Shown here one piece after another: positions 38,108 through 49,191 of a DNA stretch of 64,000 bases. Positions within the stretch are counted from its first letter, which is position 1, and each line of letters begins with the position of its first letter. The DNA comes from an uncultured delta proteobacterium (lineage in GTDB: Bacteria; Desulfobacterota; WTBG01). The stretch spans positions 390,816 to 454,815 of the forward strand of contig CAWCBP010000001.1 in the NCBI GenBank assembly GCA_963793865.1, written 5' to 3'. The position numbers and the translations under genes are program-made. Below the pieces are notes generated by a model that worked only from the letters and a program-made list of their open reading frames with translations, did not search any database and was not told where the DNA came from.

Positions 38108-40129
38108 CTACACAAGGTGAAAAGCATTTACCAGCATATCAATAACCTTTATACCAAGAAAGGGAGTTACCAGCCCTCCCATGCCATAGATGAGAAGATT
38201 TCGTCGCAAAAGAGCTGCCGCACCGAGTGGTCGGAAATGGACACCGCGTAAAGCCAGGGGTATCAGAGCAATGATGATGAGGGCATTAAAAATGACAGAG
38301 CTCAGGATCGCACTATGCGGAGAATGAAGCCCCATAATGTTTAATGGCTGGGTAACCGGAAAAAGAGCAATCAGCAGTGCCGGTATGATGGCAAAATATT
38401 TTGCCACATCATTGGCAATGCTGAAGGTCGTCAGTGCGCCGCGGGTGATGAGCATCTGTTTCCCGATCTCCACAACTTCAAGCAGCTTGGTGGGATTGGA
38501 GTCAAGATCGACCATATTGCCCGCCTCTTTGGCCGCCTGGGTGCCGGTATTCATGGCCACCCCCACGTCGGCCTGGGCAAGGGCCGGCGCATCATTGGTG
38601 CCGTCCCCCGTCATGGCCACAAGATGACCGGCGGCCTGCTCCCTGCGTATCAGAGCCAGCTTGTCCTCCGGCCTGGCTTCGGCAATGAAATCATCAACGC
38701 CCGCTTCATGGGCAATGGCAGCAGCAGTCAGACGGTTGTCCCCGGTGATCATAACGGTTTTAATGCCCATGGCACGGAATCGGTCAAAACGATCCTTTAG
38801 TCCGCCCTTCACAATATCTTTCAGATGGATCACTCCAAGCACGCGTGCGGTATCGGCAACAACCAAGGGCGTACCCCCCGAGCGGGCAATGCCATCCACT
38901 GTTTCCCGAACCTCTTCCGGGAAATCGGTTCCGACAAATTTACAGATCACATCAGCTGCCCCTTTCCTGATCTGCCTGCCGTCAATATCAACTCCGCTCA
39001 TGCGGGTTTGGGCAGAAAAGGCAGTGAATCTGGCATTGGGCATCTCGGCGATGGTTCGCCCCCGCAATCCATATTGCTTGGCCAGGACAACGATACTCCT
39101 TCCTTCAGGGGTTTCATCAGCAAGCGAAGCCAATTGCGCCGCGTCCGCCAATTCCTGAGCCCCTACCCCGGCTGCGGGGATGAATTCAGTTGCCTGTCGC
39201 TCGCCCAGGGTGATGGTACCTGTTTTATCAAGGAGCAGCACATCAACATCCCCTGCCGCTTCAACCGCCCTGCCGCTCATTGCCAATACGTTCTTCTGCA
39301 CCAGCCGGTCAATGCCCGCAATCCCGATGGCGCTTAAGAGGCCGCCGATGGTGGTCGGTATAAGACACACCAGCAAAGCAACCAGCACGGTGATGGAAAA
39401 CGATGTTCCTGAGTATAGACCAAAAGACTTCAGGGTCATGATGACGACCAGAAAAATGATCGTCAGCGCTGAGAGCAGGATGGTAAGGGCGATTTCATTC
39501 GGGGTTTTTTGCCGTTGAGCCCCCTCGACGAGAGCTATCATCCGGTCGAAAAAGCTTTCACCGGGATTTGCAGTAACCCGCACTTTTATCTGGTCAGACA
39601 ACACCCGCGTACCTCCCGTCACCGCACTGCGGTCTCCACCGGCTTCACGAATGACCGGTGCGGATTCGCCGGTTATGGCTGATTCATCAACGGTTGCAAT
39701 CCCTTTTATAATTTCTCCATCAGCCGGTATAATGTCCCCGGCGGAGATGATTACCAGATCATGCTTGCGCAGCTGTTCTGCGGGGACGTTTTCCATGACC
39801 CCTTCAGTGACACAACGATGTGCTACAGTATGAGTGCGGGTTCTGCGCAGGGAATTAGCCTGCGCTTTTCCCCTGCCTTCGGCCAGTGCTTCGGCAAAAT
39901 TGGCAAATAAAACCGTAAACCACAGCCAGAGTGCAATCTGCAGCGTGAAACTGAATGGCTCGTCCTGGGTGATGAAAAAAGCGAAGAAGGTGGTTATGGC
40001 TGCTCCTGTTTCAGTGACAAACATCACCGGATTTTTCATCAGTGAACGAGGGTTGAATTTTTTTAATGAATCAACCACGGACTGCGCAATGATGGTACGT
40101 TCAAAAAGAGTATGCTTCCTTGGAGCCAT
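38108..40129 (-). CDS. kdpB: Potassium-transporting P-type ATPase subunit B
   Basis: DKTGTIT phosphorylation motif. TGDN and [10 protein letters not shown] motifs. Confidence 0.9.
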   Translation of the reverse strand: MAPRKHTLFERTIIAQSVVDSLKKFNPRSLMKNPVMFVTETGAAITTFFAFFITQDEPFSFTLQIALWLWFTVLFANFAEALAEGRGKAQANSLRRTRTHTVAHRCVTEGVMENVPAEQLRKHDLVIISAGDIIPADGEIIKGIATVDESAITGESAPVIREAGGDRSAVTGGTRVLSDQIKVRVTANPGESFFDRMIALVEGAQRQKTPNEIALTILLSALTIIFLVVIMTLKSFGLYSGTSFSITVLVALLVCLIPTTIGGLLSAIGIAGIDRLVQKNVLAMSGRAVEAAGDVDVLLLDKTGTITLGERQATEFIPAAGVGAQELADAAQLASLADETPEGRSIVVLAKQYGLRGRTIAEMPNARFTAFSAQTRMSGVDIDGRQIRKGAADVICKFVGTDFPEEVRETVDGIARSGGTPLVVADTARVLGVIHLKDIVKGGLKDRFDRFRAMGIKTVMITGDNRLTAAAIAHEAGVDDFIAEARPEDKLALIRREQAAGHLVAMTGDGTNDAPALAQADVGVAMNTGTQAAKEAGNMVDLDSNPTKLLEVVEIGKQMLITRGALTTFSIANDVAKYFAIIPALLIALFPVTQPLNIMGLHSPHSAILSSVIFNALIIIALIPLALRGVHFRPLGAAALLRRNLLIYGMGGLVTPFLGIKVIDMLVNAFHLV

Positions 40130-40142
40130 TGATCCGTCTCCT

Positions 40143-41879
40143 TTAATAGAGAATATCCGAGCCGGTCATGAGAAAATGCTCAACGACCGGCCCGAGAGAA
40201 AGCACCGGGAAGAAGGTCAAGGCACCGACAATGAGCACCGTTCCGATTAAGATGACCATAAAGGTAAGCCCTGCAACAGGAAGACTTCCTTCGCTTGCAG
40301 GGATCATTTTTTTTCGGGCCATGTTTCCTGCCAGGGCAAGTACGGGCACAATCATGAAAAACCGCCCCAAGAGCATCCCCATCCCCAGCGTTGTATTAAA
40401 CCATGCAGTGTTGGCGTTAAGTCCGGCAAAAGCGCTGCCGTTGTTGCCGGCTGCTGAAGTGAAGGCATACAGTATCTCGCTCAGGCCATGCGGCCCTCTG
40501 TTATTCAGGCCGGCTAATCCCCAATGACTTGTTGCGGCCCATGCACTAAACCCGAGGATACTGAAGATCAAGACAAGCATGGCCAGAACGCTCATCTTGA
40601 CATCATAGGCCTCGATCTTTTTACCGAGATACTGTGGCGTGCGTCCCACCATCAGTCCGCATAAAAAAACGGCCAGCACCACAAATACCAGCATCCCGTA
40701 AAGACCGGCGCCCACGCCACCGAATCCGATCTCGCCTAATTGAATATTTGCTAATGGGACTAATCCCCCCAGCGGGGTAAATGAATCATGCATCGCGTTA
40801 ACTGCACCGCACGAGGCATCGGTGGTTATTGTCGCAAAGAGGGCCGAATTGAAGATTCCAAAACGTACTTCTTTGCCCTCCATATTCCCGTTCACCGGAT
40901 CCACTCCCAGGGCATGCAGCCGGGGATTACCCGCTGTTTCTGCCCACCAGCACACCATAAAAGCCGTCAAAAAAAGCAGTAACATGGATCCCCATATAAC
41001 CCAGCCATGTCTCTGGTTTCTGACCGCCCGCCCGAGGTAATAGGTCAGGCCGCTCGGAATGAGAAAGATGGAGAGCATCTGAATAAAATTGCAAAGCGGT
41101 GTCGGATTTTCATAAGGATGGGAAGCGTTGGCGTTCATGAATCCCCCGCCATTAGTCCCGATCATTTTAATTGCCACCTGCGAGGCCATGGGACCTTGTG
41201 CAATCAACTGACTGCCGGCAGTCGCTTCTTTAATGCTGTGGTCAATGTGTGTGGCATGAACATAAGGCTGAAAGTTTTGCATCATGCCCTGTGACACAAG
41301 GAATAGAGAATATATAAGGCAGATGGGCAGCAGCAGGTACAGGGTAACCCTGATGCTATCAACCCAGAAATTGCCTATGGTTTTCATGCTCTGGCGTGCT
41401 ATGCCGCGCACCAGGGCTGCCGCAACGGCTATGCCTGCTGCCGCGGAAATAAAATTATGAAGGGCAAGTCCTGCCATCTGCGAAAAGTAGGACAGGGTTG
41501 ATTCCCCCCCGTAGCTCTGCCAGTTGGTGTTGGTGGTAAAACTGACTGCCGTGTTGAATGCAAGATCGGGGCTTGCAGGAGCAAAACTTTGGGGATTAAG
41601 CGGTAAAAAATGCTGCAGGCGAAGAATGGCATAGGTGAACAGCAGGCTGACCAGACTGAAAGCAGAAAGAGAGAATGCGTATTGCTTCCAGGTTTGTTCT
41701 TTGGTGCTGTCTATGCCGAGAACCCGGTACAATAACCTCTCCAGCGGCTGCACCAGCGGGTCAATAAAGGTTTTGCCATTTGAGTCAAGAACGCTTACCA
41801 GATAGACACCCAGTGGTTTGGTAAATGCCAGCAGGATACCAACAAACAGGAATAGCTGGAGCCATCCGTACACATCCAT
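40143..41879 (-). CDS. kdpA: Potassium-transporting ATPase subunit A
   Basis: 578-aa polytopic protein. [19 protein letters not shown] start. Selectivity-filter-like GTNGGGF and NGSAFAG motifs. Confidence 0.9.
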   Translation of the reverse strand: MDVYGWLQLFLFVGILLAFTKPLGVYLVSVLDSNGKTFIDPLVQPLERLLYRVLGIDSTKEQTWKQYAFSLSAFSLVSLLFTYAILRLQHFLPLNPQSFAPASPDLAFNTAVSFTTNTNWQSYGGESTLSYFSQMAGLALHNFISAAAGIAVAAALVRGIARQSMKTIGNFWVDSIRVTLYLLLPICLIYSLFLVSQGMMQNFQPYVHATHIDHSIKEATAGSQLIAQGPMASQVAIKMIGTNGGGFMNANASHPYENPTPLCNFIQMLSIFLIPSGLTYYLGRAVRNQRHGWVIWGSMLLLFLTAFMVCWWAETAGNPRLHALGVDPVNGNMEGKEVRFGIFNSALFATITTDASCGAVNAMHDSFTPLGGLVPLANIQLGEIGFGGVGAGLYGMLVFVVLAVFLCGLMVGRTPQYLGKKIEAYDVKMSVLAMLVLIFSILGFSAWAATSHWGLAGLNNRGPHGLSEILYAFTSAAGNNGSAFAGLNANTAWFNTTLGMGMLLGRFFMIVPVLALAGNMARKKMIPASEGSLPVAGLTFMVILIGTVLIVGALTFFPVLSLGPVVEHFLMTGSDILY

Positions 41880-41894
41880 AGATAAACTCCCGTG

Positions 41895-41978
41895 TTAAAA
41901 TTTTTCCGGTCTGATGACAGTGATCAACAGATAGATGATCACCAGGAATCCTATCAGACCCGCGGTCATTGCAATCAT
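41895..41978 (-). CDS. kdpF: KdpF, a 27-aa single-TM subunit (MIAMTAGLIGFLVIIYLLITVIRPEKF); not in the supplied ORF track
   Basis: Found by hand translation of the minus strand. It sits 15 nt upstream of the kdpA start and has an AAAGG Shine-Dalgarno. Length and hydropathy match E. coli KdpF (29 aa). Confidence 0.55.
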   Translation of the reverse strand: MIAMTAGLIGFLVIIYLLITVIRPEKF

Positions 41979-42057
41979 TGGTTACAACCTTTCGCAGAAC
42001 AGGATGTACAGGAAGCACAATCCGAAGAAAACCATGACCATAAGCACATAGAGCAGG

Positions 42058-43912
42058 TCACTCATTTTTGCTCCCTTCCTGCGCAATCGCGTCAGCTCGT
42101 CTCAGGGTAAATGTGAATCTGCTTCCCTTCCCATCACTGCTTTCCACCGAGATGGTTCCGCCATGGGCTTCCACAATCTCTTTGGCGATGGCGAGCCCCA
42201 GCCCGGCTCCGGTTTCGGACGCATCGCCCGGAACGCGGAAAAACTGATCAAAAACTTTATCCAGATACTGCCGGGGGATACCCCTGCCGGTGTCGGCAAT
42301 CGAAAAGCTGACCCATTCCTTGAATCCCTGTGCGGCAAGCGTCACGCTGCCGCCCGGTGCGGTATATTTGAGCGCATTGGATAGCAGGTTGGAAAAGACA
42401 TGATCAATGCGTATCCGGTCGGCCCACACCTCCGGCAGATCATCCGGCACCTCGATGGTGAGACGGACGCCGTGATCCTTGCAAGCGCTCTGGAACGGTT
42501 CCACTGCCTGCAGCGCCAGTGCCATCGGTGATATGGCACGGCAGTCCATCTGCGCCCGTCCCGATTCAATCCTGCTGATATCGAGCAGATCTTCAACAAT
42601 GGCGTGTAATCGGTCGCTGTCGTCCCGCGCGGCAATTAACAGCTCTGCCTGCTTGTCGGTCAGCGACCCTGCTTTTTCTTCAAGCAGCAGATGAATGGCC
42701 ATGCGGATGGAGGTGAGGGGTGTCTTCAACTGGTGGGACACGGTTGCGATTAATCCCTTCTTCATGTCATCCTGCTGTTGCATCCGGGTTATGTCTTCAA
42801 AAATAAGTACGATGCCGACGGGCTGTCGCTCATTGTCCAGGATCGGTACCGCCCTGGGACGAAAAAACCGCTCCTCACCCTTTACGAACTGCTGGATAAT
42901 GGCGTACTCGTTTTTCCCCTCCAACGGCACGGCCGCTGTTGAGCGCGCTGCCGTATAATGCAGACATCCATTGAAAGGGGACATCCTGTATCTTTCTCCG
43001 GGGCTTAAGCCCGAATGTTTCCCGGGCTGTTTCGGTTGCCACCTCAATCGTTCCCTCCAAATCAATTAACGCCACAGAATCAGGGAGGCTGTTGAATGCC
43101 GTTTGCGTCGAACGCTGAACTCGTACCAGCTTTGCCTGATCGCTGCGGCGGAATTCACGAAGACCGGCGGTCATCTTGTTAAATGCCTCCGAGAGCCGCC
43201 CGATTTCATCCCGGGAGTTGCTCTGAATAAACAGTTCCAGATTGCCGCGCGTGACCTGGTCGGTGAAATCGATCAGCCTGGTAATCGGCCGCAATATCCA
43301 CCCGCCGGTAAAATAAATGAAAACAATGGCAACGGTGGCGCCGGTGAGCAAAAGGTAGTACATCCGCTGTCGCGCTGATGCCGCTTTTGCCCGCGCCCGG
43401 TCATTGGCCTCACTCATGTTCTCCTGGTTCATGTGTATGACATCGTCTGCCGACTCCCGTATCTGCTCATAAAAAGGCAGCAGCCTGGCAAAATAAACAT
43501 CGCGCCCGGCGTCGAAGGTTACGCCGGCACTTCTTATCTGCCGCAGTGTTGCCCGGTACTGTTCAAACGCGCTTTTGATAAAACCGGCTTTTTCTCCTTC
43601 ATCGGGGAGGGTGATGTTGTTTAATTCAATCTGCAGCGCTTTTTCGAAATCCATTTCGTTTTTTGCAATCTGCTCTTCACCCATATCCCGATAACCGAGC
43701 ATGATGAAAAGCGCCCCGGTATCCATTCGCTGCAGGGCTTCCTTCATCTGCTGGCATGCAATAACGCTCCGGTAATTTTCGCGGAGAATAACATCGATGG
43801 ATTGCTCCAGGTGCGCCAGCTCTCGAATGCTTTGGATGCCGATGAGCACAATGATAAAGAGCAGACCACCAAAGCCAAGAATCAATTTTTGACGAAGGCC
43901 GATCATATGCAC
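42058..43912 (-). CDS. Sensor histidine kinase (TM-periplasmic-TM-HAMP-PAS-HisKA-HATPase_c), split into two frames with a ~190-nt ORF overlap (42875-43065)
   Basis: The N-terminal ORF (43912-42875) carries the two TM helices, HAMP and the start of PAS. The C-terminal ORF (43065-42058) has the H-box LIATVSHQLKTPLTSI, N-box and G-boxes. Probable frameshift inside the PAS region. Confidence 0.7.
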
Positions 43913-44091
43913 TCCTCAGTGATACGATGTATTCAAAGATTGTGCCACGGGGGATCATTGGAAACGGCTTGAATACTATGGATTATTTTACGGGGCATCG
44001 GGGAGGGGTTTTGTATTTTGCAAGGAAACGTTTCTGACAGCCTTGCAGATTGCAAAGCTCACTATGAGTGGAAAGGGATTGGGGCACGATG

Positions 44092-45447
44092 TTAGATTCC
44101 GTACTGCTTGCGACGCCGCCAGAGTGTGGCCTGGTCGATGCCGAGAATATCAGCGGCCTCCTGCAATGATTTTGCCGAAGCCAGCACACGCCGGATGTGC
44201 TGTTCCTCAATGGTTTCCAGGTCAACCGGATCACCCAGCTGGGTAACCGCTAGTCGAGGGCGCAAGGAGTCAGGAAGATGCTCGATGCCCACACGATCTC
44301 CCCGGCACATAATTGCAGCATGCTCAACAATGTTGCGCAGCTCCCGTATATTTCCGGGCCAGACATGGTTTCTCATGGCATTGAGCGCCTCTTCGCTGAA
44401 GCCCAGGAATTGCCGGTGATTTGCCCTGCCGAAAAATTGCAAGAGACGTTCCGCCAGCGGGATAATGTCATCCTGGCGCTCGCGCAGGGGAGGCAGTATA
44501 ATTTGAATCACATTGAGCCGATAGAAAAGGTCTTCCCGAAACCGGCCATCCCGCACAGCCTTTTCCAGATCTATATTAGTTGCGGCCATAACCCGCACGT
44601 CTGCCCTGCGGGTTATGGAGTCGCCGATCCGTTCATATTCATGATCCTGGATAAAGCGCAGCAGTTTAGGCTGAAGCAGCAGCGGCAGGTCTCCTATTTC
44701 ATCCAGCAGCAGCGTACCCCCTTCGCACGCGGCAATGCGTCCGGGACTATCATGGTCGGCTCCGGTAAAGGCCCCCTTGAGATGGCCGAACAATTCGCTT
44801 TCCAGCAACTCTGAGGGAATGGAAGGACAGGAAATATTGCTGAAGGGTTTCTTGGCGCGGCCGCTCCAGAGATGGATCATCCGGGCCAAAACAGTTTTGC
44901 CGGTGCCGTTTTCCCCTCTGAGCAGGATTGTGGCATCTGTGGCTGCAACCTGCTTGGCCATGCCCAGCACCCGCTGCATGGCAGCGCTTTGAGTCGAAAA
45001 ATCGATTTCAGGATTCGCCCTCCCCAGGTCCTCCTTGAGAATAGCTATCTTTTGCTCCAAGGTGCATACTTCAACCACTTTTTGAACTGCAAGTTTTACC
45101 TGGGAGGGAGTGAACGGCTTGGGTATGTAATCAGTGGCTCCCCGGCGCATGGCCTCCACCGCCGTGTCAATAGAGGCATAGGCAGTTATAATGATTATCT
45201 TAAGCCACGGCGTTATGACCTTTAACCGGGTAATCAAGTCAAGTCCGCTGGCCGTGCCCAGGCGGAGATCAACAAAAGCCGCATCAAAGCTTCTTCGCGA
45301 TGCTTCCGCGACGGCATCCTGAAAATTGCTTACTGAAATAACCCGGTGTCCTTCTGCTTCAAGGCAGAACGATAACGTTTTGCGAATATTTGCCTCGTCA
45401 TCGACAACCAGGACATGTAAGGACATGGTTCCGGCCGGCTCACTCAT
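44092..45447 (-). CDS. Sigma-54-dependent response regulator (NtrC/Fis family: REC-AAA+-HTH)
   Basis: Receiver VLVVDDE...D. AAA+ GENGTGKT. Sigma-54 contact motif GAFTGA. C-terminal Fis-type HTH. The start may be the downstream Met (MSLHVLVVDD, 45426). Confidence 0.85.
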   Translation of the reverse strand: MSEPAGTMSLHVLVVDDEANIRKTLSFCLEAEGHRVISVSNFQDAVAEASRRSFDAAFVDLRLGTASGLDLITRLKVITPWLKIIIITAYASIDTAVEAMRRGATDYIPKPFTPSQVKLAVQKVVEVCTLEQKIAILKEDLGRANPEIDFSTQSAAMQRVLGMAKQVAATDATILLRGENGTGKTVLARMIHLWSGRAKKPFSNISCPSIPSELLESELFGHLKGAFTGADHDSPGRIAACEGGTLLLDEIGDLPLLLQPKLLRFIQDHEYERIGDSITRRADVRVMAATNIDLEKAVRDGRFREDLFYRLNVIQIILPPLRERQDDIIPLAERLLQFFGRANHRQFLGFSEEALNAMRNHVWPGNIRELRNIVEHAAIMCRGDRVGIEHLPDSLRPRLAVTQLGDPVDLETIEEQHIRRVLASAKSLQEAADILGIDQATLWRRRKQYGI

Positions 45448-45620
45448 CGTTCGGTCCTTCTGCTCGAATGTGCGGTTACTGTTTCAATTCACTCTGCTCG
45501 AATGATCTCTTGTGGCGATGTGACTTTTTAGCGTCAATGTTACTATCATTTTCTTCATTTGTAAAAATAAAACTCTCGTGCTATGGTCTGCATGGCAAAC
45601 AGCCTACAGGGAGGTATCAC

Positions 45621-46163
45621 ATGGCGGTACATGAAATAACCGAGGAGCAGCGGGACAGAATCGTTGAAAGAATGATTAACGTGCTCGGCCTGGAACGGAA
45701 GCATCCGACGAAACAGGAGCTGGAGGAGGAGATTATCGACTACCTGGGCAAGAAGCACCCCTGCGCCCTGGGTACCTGCGGCAAGGACGGGATACCGCGC
45801 ATCTCCATGGTCGACTACATGAACGATGGCCTTACCTTATACATTTTGAGCGAGGGGGGAGACAAGTTCAAAAACATCCGGGAGAACAATCGGGTTGCCG
45901 TGGGCATCGGCACTTCAACGCACACCATGCGCTCGGTGAGGGGGGTCAACATGTGGGGGACGGCGGACATCTTCACCGATGACACACCGGAGTTCGCCAC
46001 AGCCCTGCAGCTTTTTAAGCCCTTCCTTGATGATATCGCAAAGCTCACCGGGAAGCCGCCGCAGCTTCCTCCCGGCGTGATGAAGGTGATCCGCGTGACT
46101 CCCGCGAGGATGATCTACTTCCATTACAACAAGGGCATCGGGAACGAGCTGTGGGAGGCGTAG
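45621..46163 (+). CDS. Pyridoxamine 5'-phosphate oxidase-like (FMN-binding split barrel) family protein
   Basis: 180 aa from the ATG 45621, preceded by a GGGAGG Shine-Dalgarno. It is the intact paralog of the frameshifted gene at 34265-34811. Confidence 0.7.
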   Translation: MAVHEITEEQRDRIVERMINVLGLERKHPTKQELEEEIIDYLGKKHPCALGTCGKDGIPRISMVDYMNDGLTLYILSEGGDKFKNIRENNRVAVGIGTSTHTMRSVRGVNMWGTADIFTDDTPEFATALQLFKPFLDDIAKLTGKPPQLPPGVMKVIRVTPARMIYFHYNKGIGNELWEA

Positions 46164-46399
46164 GGAGAGGGACGTTCAGGGAATATGATTTCGAGATGAT
46201 CTGCATGGACTTGTGGTTTATTTCAAGGAAAAGATCAACATTGCACATCGCAACTTCCAACATCCAAGTCGAATGAAGAAAACAGTGTCTTTTTCGTTGG
46301 AATTTGACGTTAGTTTCGGATTTGATTCTGGACGTGCAGATGCTTCTAATCTGTCGACTGCAAACTGAAAACTGTCAACTAAGCTAAAGGAGGCGACCC

Positions 46400-47188
46400 A
46401 TGACCGTCAACCGAAACGACGTTGTAACCTTTCTTACCGAGGTGAACAGCCGCTTTGAACAATTCTGCGCGCGGTTCAACCCGGGTGGCAGGGTTGATAA
46501 AAAGTCATGGGACACACCCATGGGCAGGCTGGACGCGGTGAGATCATCGGGGGTGGTTTTTGAAAAGGCGGCCTCAATTTTCTGCGATCTTACCATCGAG
46601 ACCCCGCCGGTGCTCGCTGAAAAGATCGGCCAGAAAGGCAGCCGGGCCGAGGCGTTTGTGCTGGAGATCAATTGTTACCCGGTAAATCCGCACATTCCCC
46701 GCGGCTACATGGAGCTGAGGGCCAATATAACCGACACCATAGTTTTCGCCGGGGGGACGGACATCTTTCCTTATTTCCCGGTGGAAGAGGACGCGGCCTT
46801 TTTTGCCGGGGGCATGAAGGAGCTTTGCCATGAGCATGGGCAGGATTACGAAAAACTGAGAAAAACCAGGGCTGATTTCTTTGTATCAAAATTCAGAAAT
46901 GAAAACGTGGGGAGCCACGCGGGGATATACGCCTTCCATCTCGAGGCGCGGGAGTTCCCCTTTTTTAAGGATATGGCGGAATATTTTTTCAGGCTCTATG
47001 GCATGCTGGTGGAGGCGGGCGGGAAAAGAAGCTTCACCGCCGAGGAGCAGCGGCGCATGCGGGAGATTCACGGGGTGTGGGTGGAATGGGTTTTGCTCGA
47101 GGATGCGGGGACCAGGTACGGTCTGGAAAAAGGGATACCACCTGATGCCCTGCTCGGAACGATCCTCCCGCCTCAGGCGACCTTTTAA
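46400..47188 (+). CDS. Coproporphyrinogen III oxidase (HemF, oxygen-dependent type)-like protein, divergent
   Basis: It aligns along its whole length with E. coli HemF by eye: [28 protein letters not shown] vs [45 protein letters not shown] vs [35 protein letters not shown] vs [48 protein letters not shown] vs [23 protein letters not shown]. Confidence 0.55.
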   Translation: [262 protein letters not shown]

Positions 47189-47205
47189 ATGGGGGAGGAG
47201 CGGCG

Positions 47206-49167
47206 ATGAAAAATGTGCGGCCTTTCAAATATTACGGCTGGCGGGGCAAAATACTGCAGGTTGACCTGACCGCTTCGAAGCTGTGGGTGGAGGATTTTCC
47301 GGAGGATCTGACCGGCGATTACACAGGGGGCGCGGGGGTAAACGCCCGGCTCTTTTACGACCTGGTGCGCGGCAATCCCGACCTGGATCCCCTGTCGCCC
47401 GACAACCCGCTCATCTTCGGGTGCGGACCGGTGGTGGGCACCTCCTTTCCCTGCGCCACGCGCTTCACCGTCACCGCCAAAAGCCCGCTCACCAGGCTGT
47501 TCGGTGATTCCAATGCCGGCGGCTATTTTGCGGTGCGGATGAAGAAGGCGGGATATGATCACATCGTTTTGCGCGGGAAGGCTGAGCGTCCCTCCGCGCT
47601 GCTGATCCAACAGGACGGGGAAGCCCGGCTTGTTGACGCATCGTCATGGTGGGGCCTTGATACCTACAGCGCTGATGAGCGGATCCTGGAGGCGTACGGT
47701 GACTGCGAAACCGCCCGCATCGGGCCCGCCGGAGAACATCTGGTGAGGTACGCCAATATTTTTTCCGGGACAAAGCGGGTGAGCGCCAATGGCCGGGCGG
47801 GCATGGGATGTGTCATGGGTTCGAAAAACCTGAAGGCCGTCATCGTGCAAGGCGACGGGACGGTTCCGGCAGCCCACCCGCGAAAGCTCAGCGCCCTGGC
47901 CAAGCGATATCAGGAGATATGGGGCAAGGGACCTTCAACCATGGTTCAGAAGGAGTTCGGGACCCTGATGCTCATTGCCCAGATCGGACTCGAGACCTCG
48001 ACGCGCAATGACCAGGGACGGATTACCCCCGAGGGGCTTGACGCCTACGATCTGGAAAAATTCTTAAGCATCTACAAAAGCGGGAAATCGGCCTGCTACC
48101 GCTGTCCCGTCGGCTGCTCTCAAAAATGGAAAATACCCGAGGGACGGTTTCAGGGGGAGGAAGGCGATAAGATCGAGTTCGGCCACTACGTAAGCCTGGG
48201 ACCGCAGCTGGGCATCTTTGATTTTCCCTCCCTGCTGCACGTGGCCGACCTTTCCAACAAACTGGGCATGGACTGCACCCAGCTCGGCTGGAACCTTTCC
48301 ATGGCCATGGAGTGCTTCCAACGGGGAATTATCGGCAGTGAGGAAACCGGCGGGGTGGATCTTACATGGGGTGATGTGAACGGGGTGTGTGATCTCATGC
48401 AGCAAATCGCCCGCCGGGAGGGATTCGGGCGGGTGCTGGCCGACAGCATCCCGGACATGATCGAGCAGTGGGGACCGGAATCGGAACCCTACGGATTTCA
48501 CACCAAGGGAATGACCTTTCCCTACAACCGCCATGCGGTGATGGCCATGAATCTTGCCTCGTCGGTGGCGGCGCGGGGGGCGGACCACATGAAGGGCCAC
48601 CCCTTCTCAGCCCTCACCGGCGCGCGGGACATGCTGGAGCGCATTTTCGGCAGGGACATTCCCGACGAGATGACGGACAGCAAAAGCCCGGTCGGGAAGG
48701 GCCGCGCGGTCTGGTGGCATGAGAATTACAAGATGGCCATGGATTCGCTGGGCCTGTGCTTTATCCCGATGGCGGGAACCACCATTTATGGCGATCCCAT
48801 GATCCTCTTCGAAGAGATGGGGGAAATCTACCAGGCGGTGACCGGCATGGATCCCGGAACGCTCTTTGAGTCAGCCGAGCGGGCGAACCAGGTTGAGCGC
48901 TGCTACAACACGCTGCTGGGCGTCAGCAGGAAGGATGACCGGAGAAAGGGCACGACCCGCGGCGAGGAGGATCCCATCGATCATCCCGGCATGCTCGATG
49001 AATATTATTTCTACCGGGGGTGCTCGAAGGAGGGCAGGCCCACCCGCAGCAGGCTGCGCGAGCTGGGCCTCGAGGATGTGATCGGGGACCTTGAGAAGCG
49101 CGGTTTTCTCGAGGAGCTTGATGCCCCGGCGATTACCGAGCTGGTGGCCCCGGCAGGTTCCGACTGA
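47206..49167 (+). CDS. Aldehyde:ferredoxin oxidoreductase (tungsten/molybdopterin AOR family)
   Basis: 653 aa. N-terminal AFOR_N (GWRGKILQVDLT...GGAGVNARL) and C-terminal AFOR_C domains with Cys ligands. Confidence 0.85.
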   Translation: MKNVRPFKYYGWRGKILQVDLTASKLWVEDFPEDLTGDYTGGAGVNARLFYDLVRGNPDLDPLSPDNPLIFGCGPVVGTSFPCATRFTVTAKSPLTRLFGDSNAGGYFAVRMKKAGYDHIVLRGKAERPSALLIQQDGEARLVDASSWWGLDTYSADERILEAYGDCETARIGPAGEHLVRYANIFSGTKRVSANGRAGMGCVMGSKNLKAVIVQGDGTVPAAHPRKLSALAKRYQEIWGKGPSTMVQKEFGTLMLIAQIGLETSTRNDQGRITPEGLDAYDLEKFLSIYKSGKSACYRCPVGCSQKWKIPEGRFQGEEGDKIEFGHYVSLGPQLGIFDFPSLLHVADLSNKLGMDCTQLGWNLSMAMECFQRGIIGSEETGGVDLTWGDVNGVCDLMQQIARREGFGRVLADSIPDMIEQWGPESEPYGFHTKGMTFPYNRHAVMAMNLASSVAARGADHMKGHPFSALTGARDMLERIFGRDIPDEMTDSKSPVGKGRAVWWHENYKMAMDSLGLCFIPMAGTTIYGDPMILFEEMGEIYQAVTGMDPGTLFESAERANQVERCYNTLLGVSRKDDRRKGTTRGEEDPIDHPGMLDEYYFYRGCSKEGRPTRSRLRELGLEDVIGDLEKRGFLEELDAPAITELVAPAGSD

Positions 49168-49191
49168 CAGGAGCGGCGGACCGCGCGCTCA

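Noticed and set aside
43945-43963. Sigma-54 promoter upstream of the histidine kinase (minus strand TGGCACAATCTTTGA)
   Set aside because: The -24 GG is present, but the -12 element is TTGA, not TTGC, and the GG-N10-GC rule fails. It is noted only within the kdp finding.
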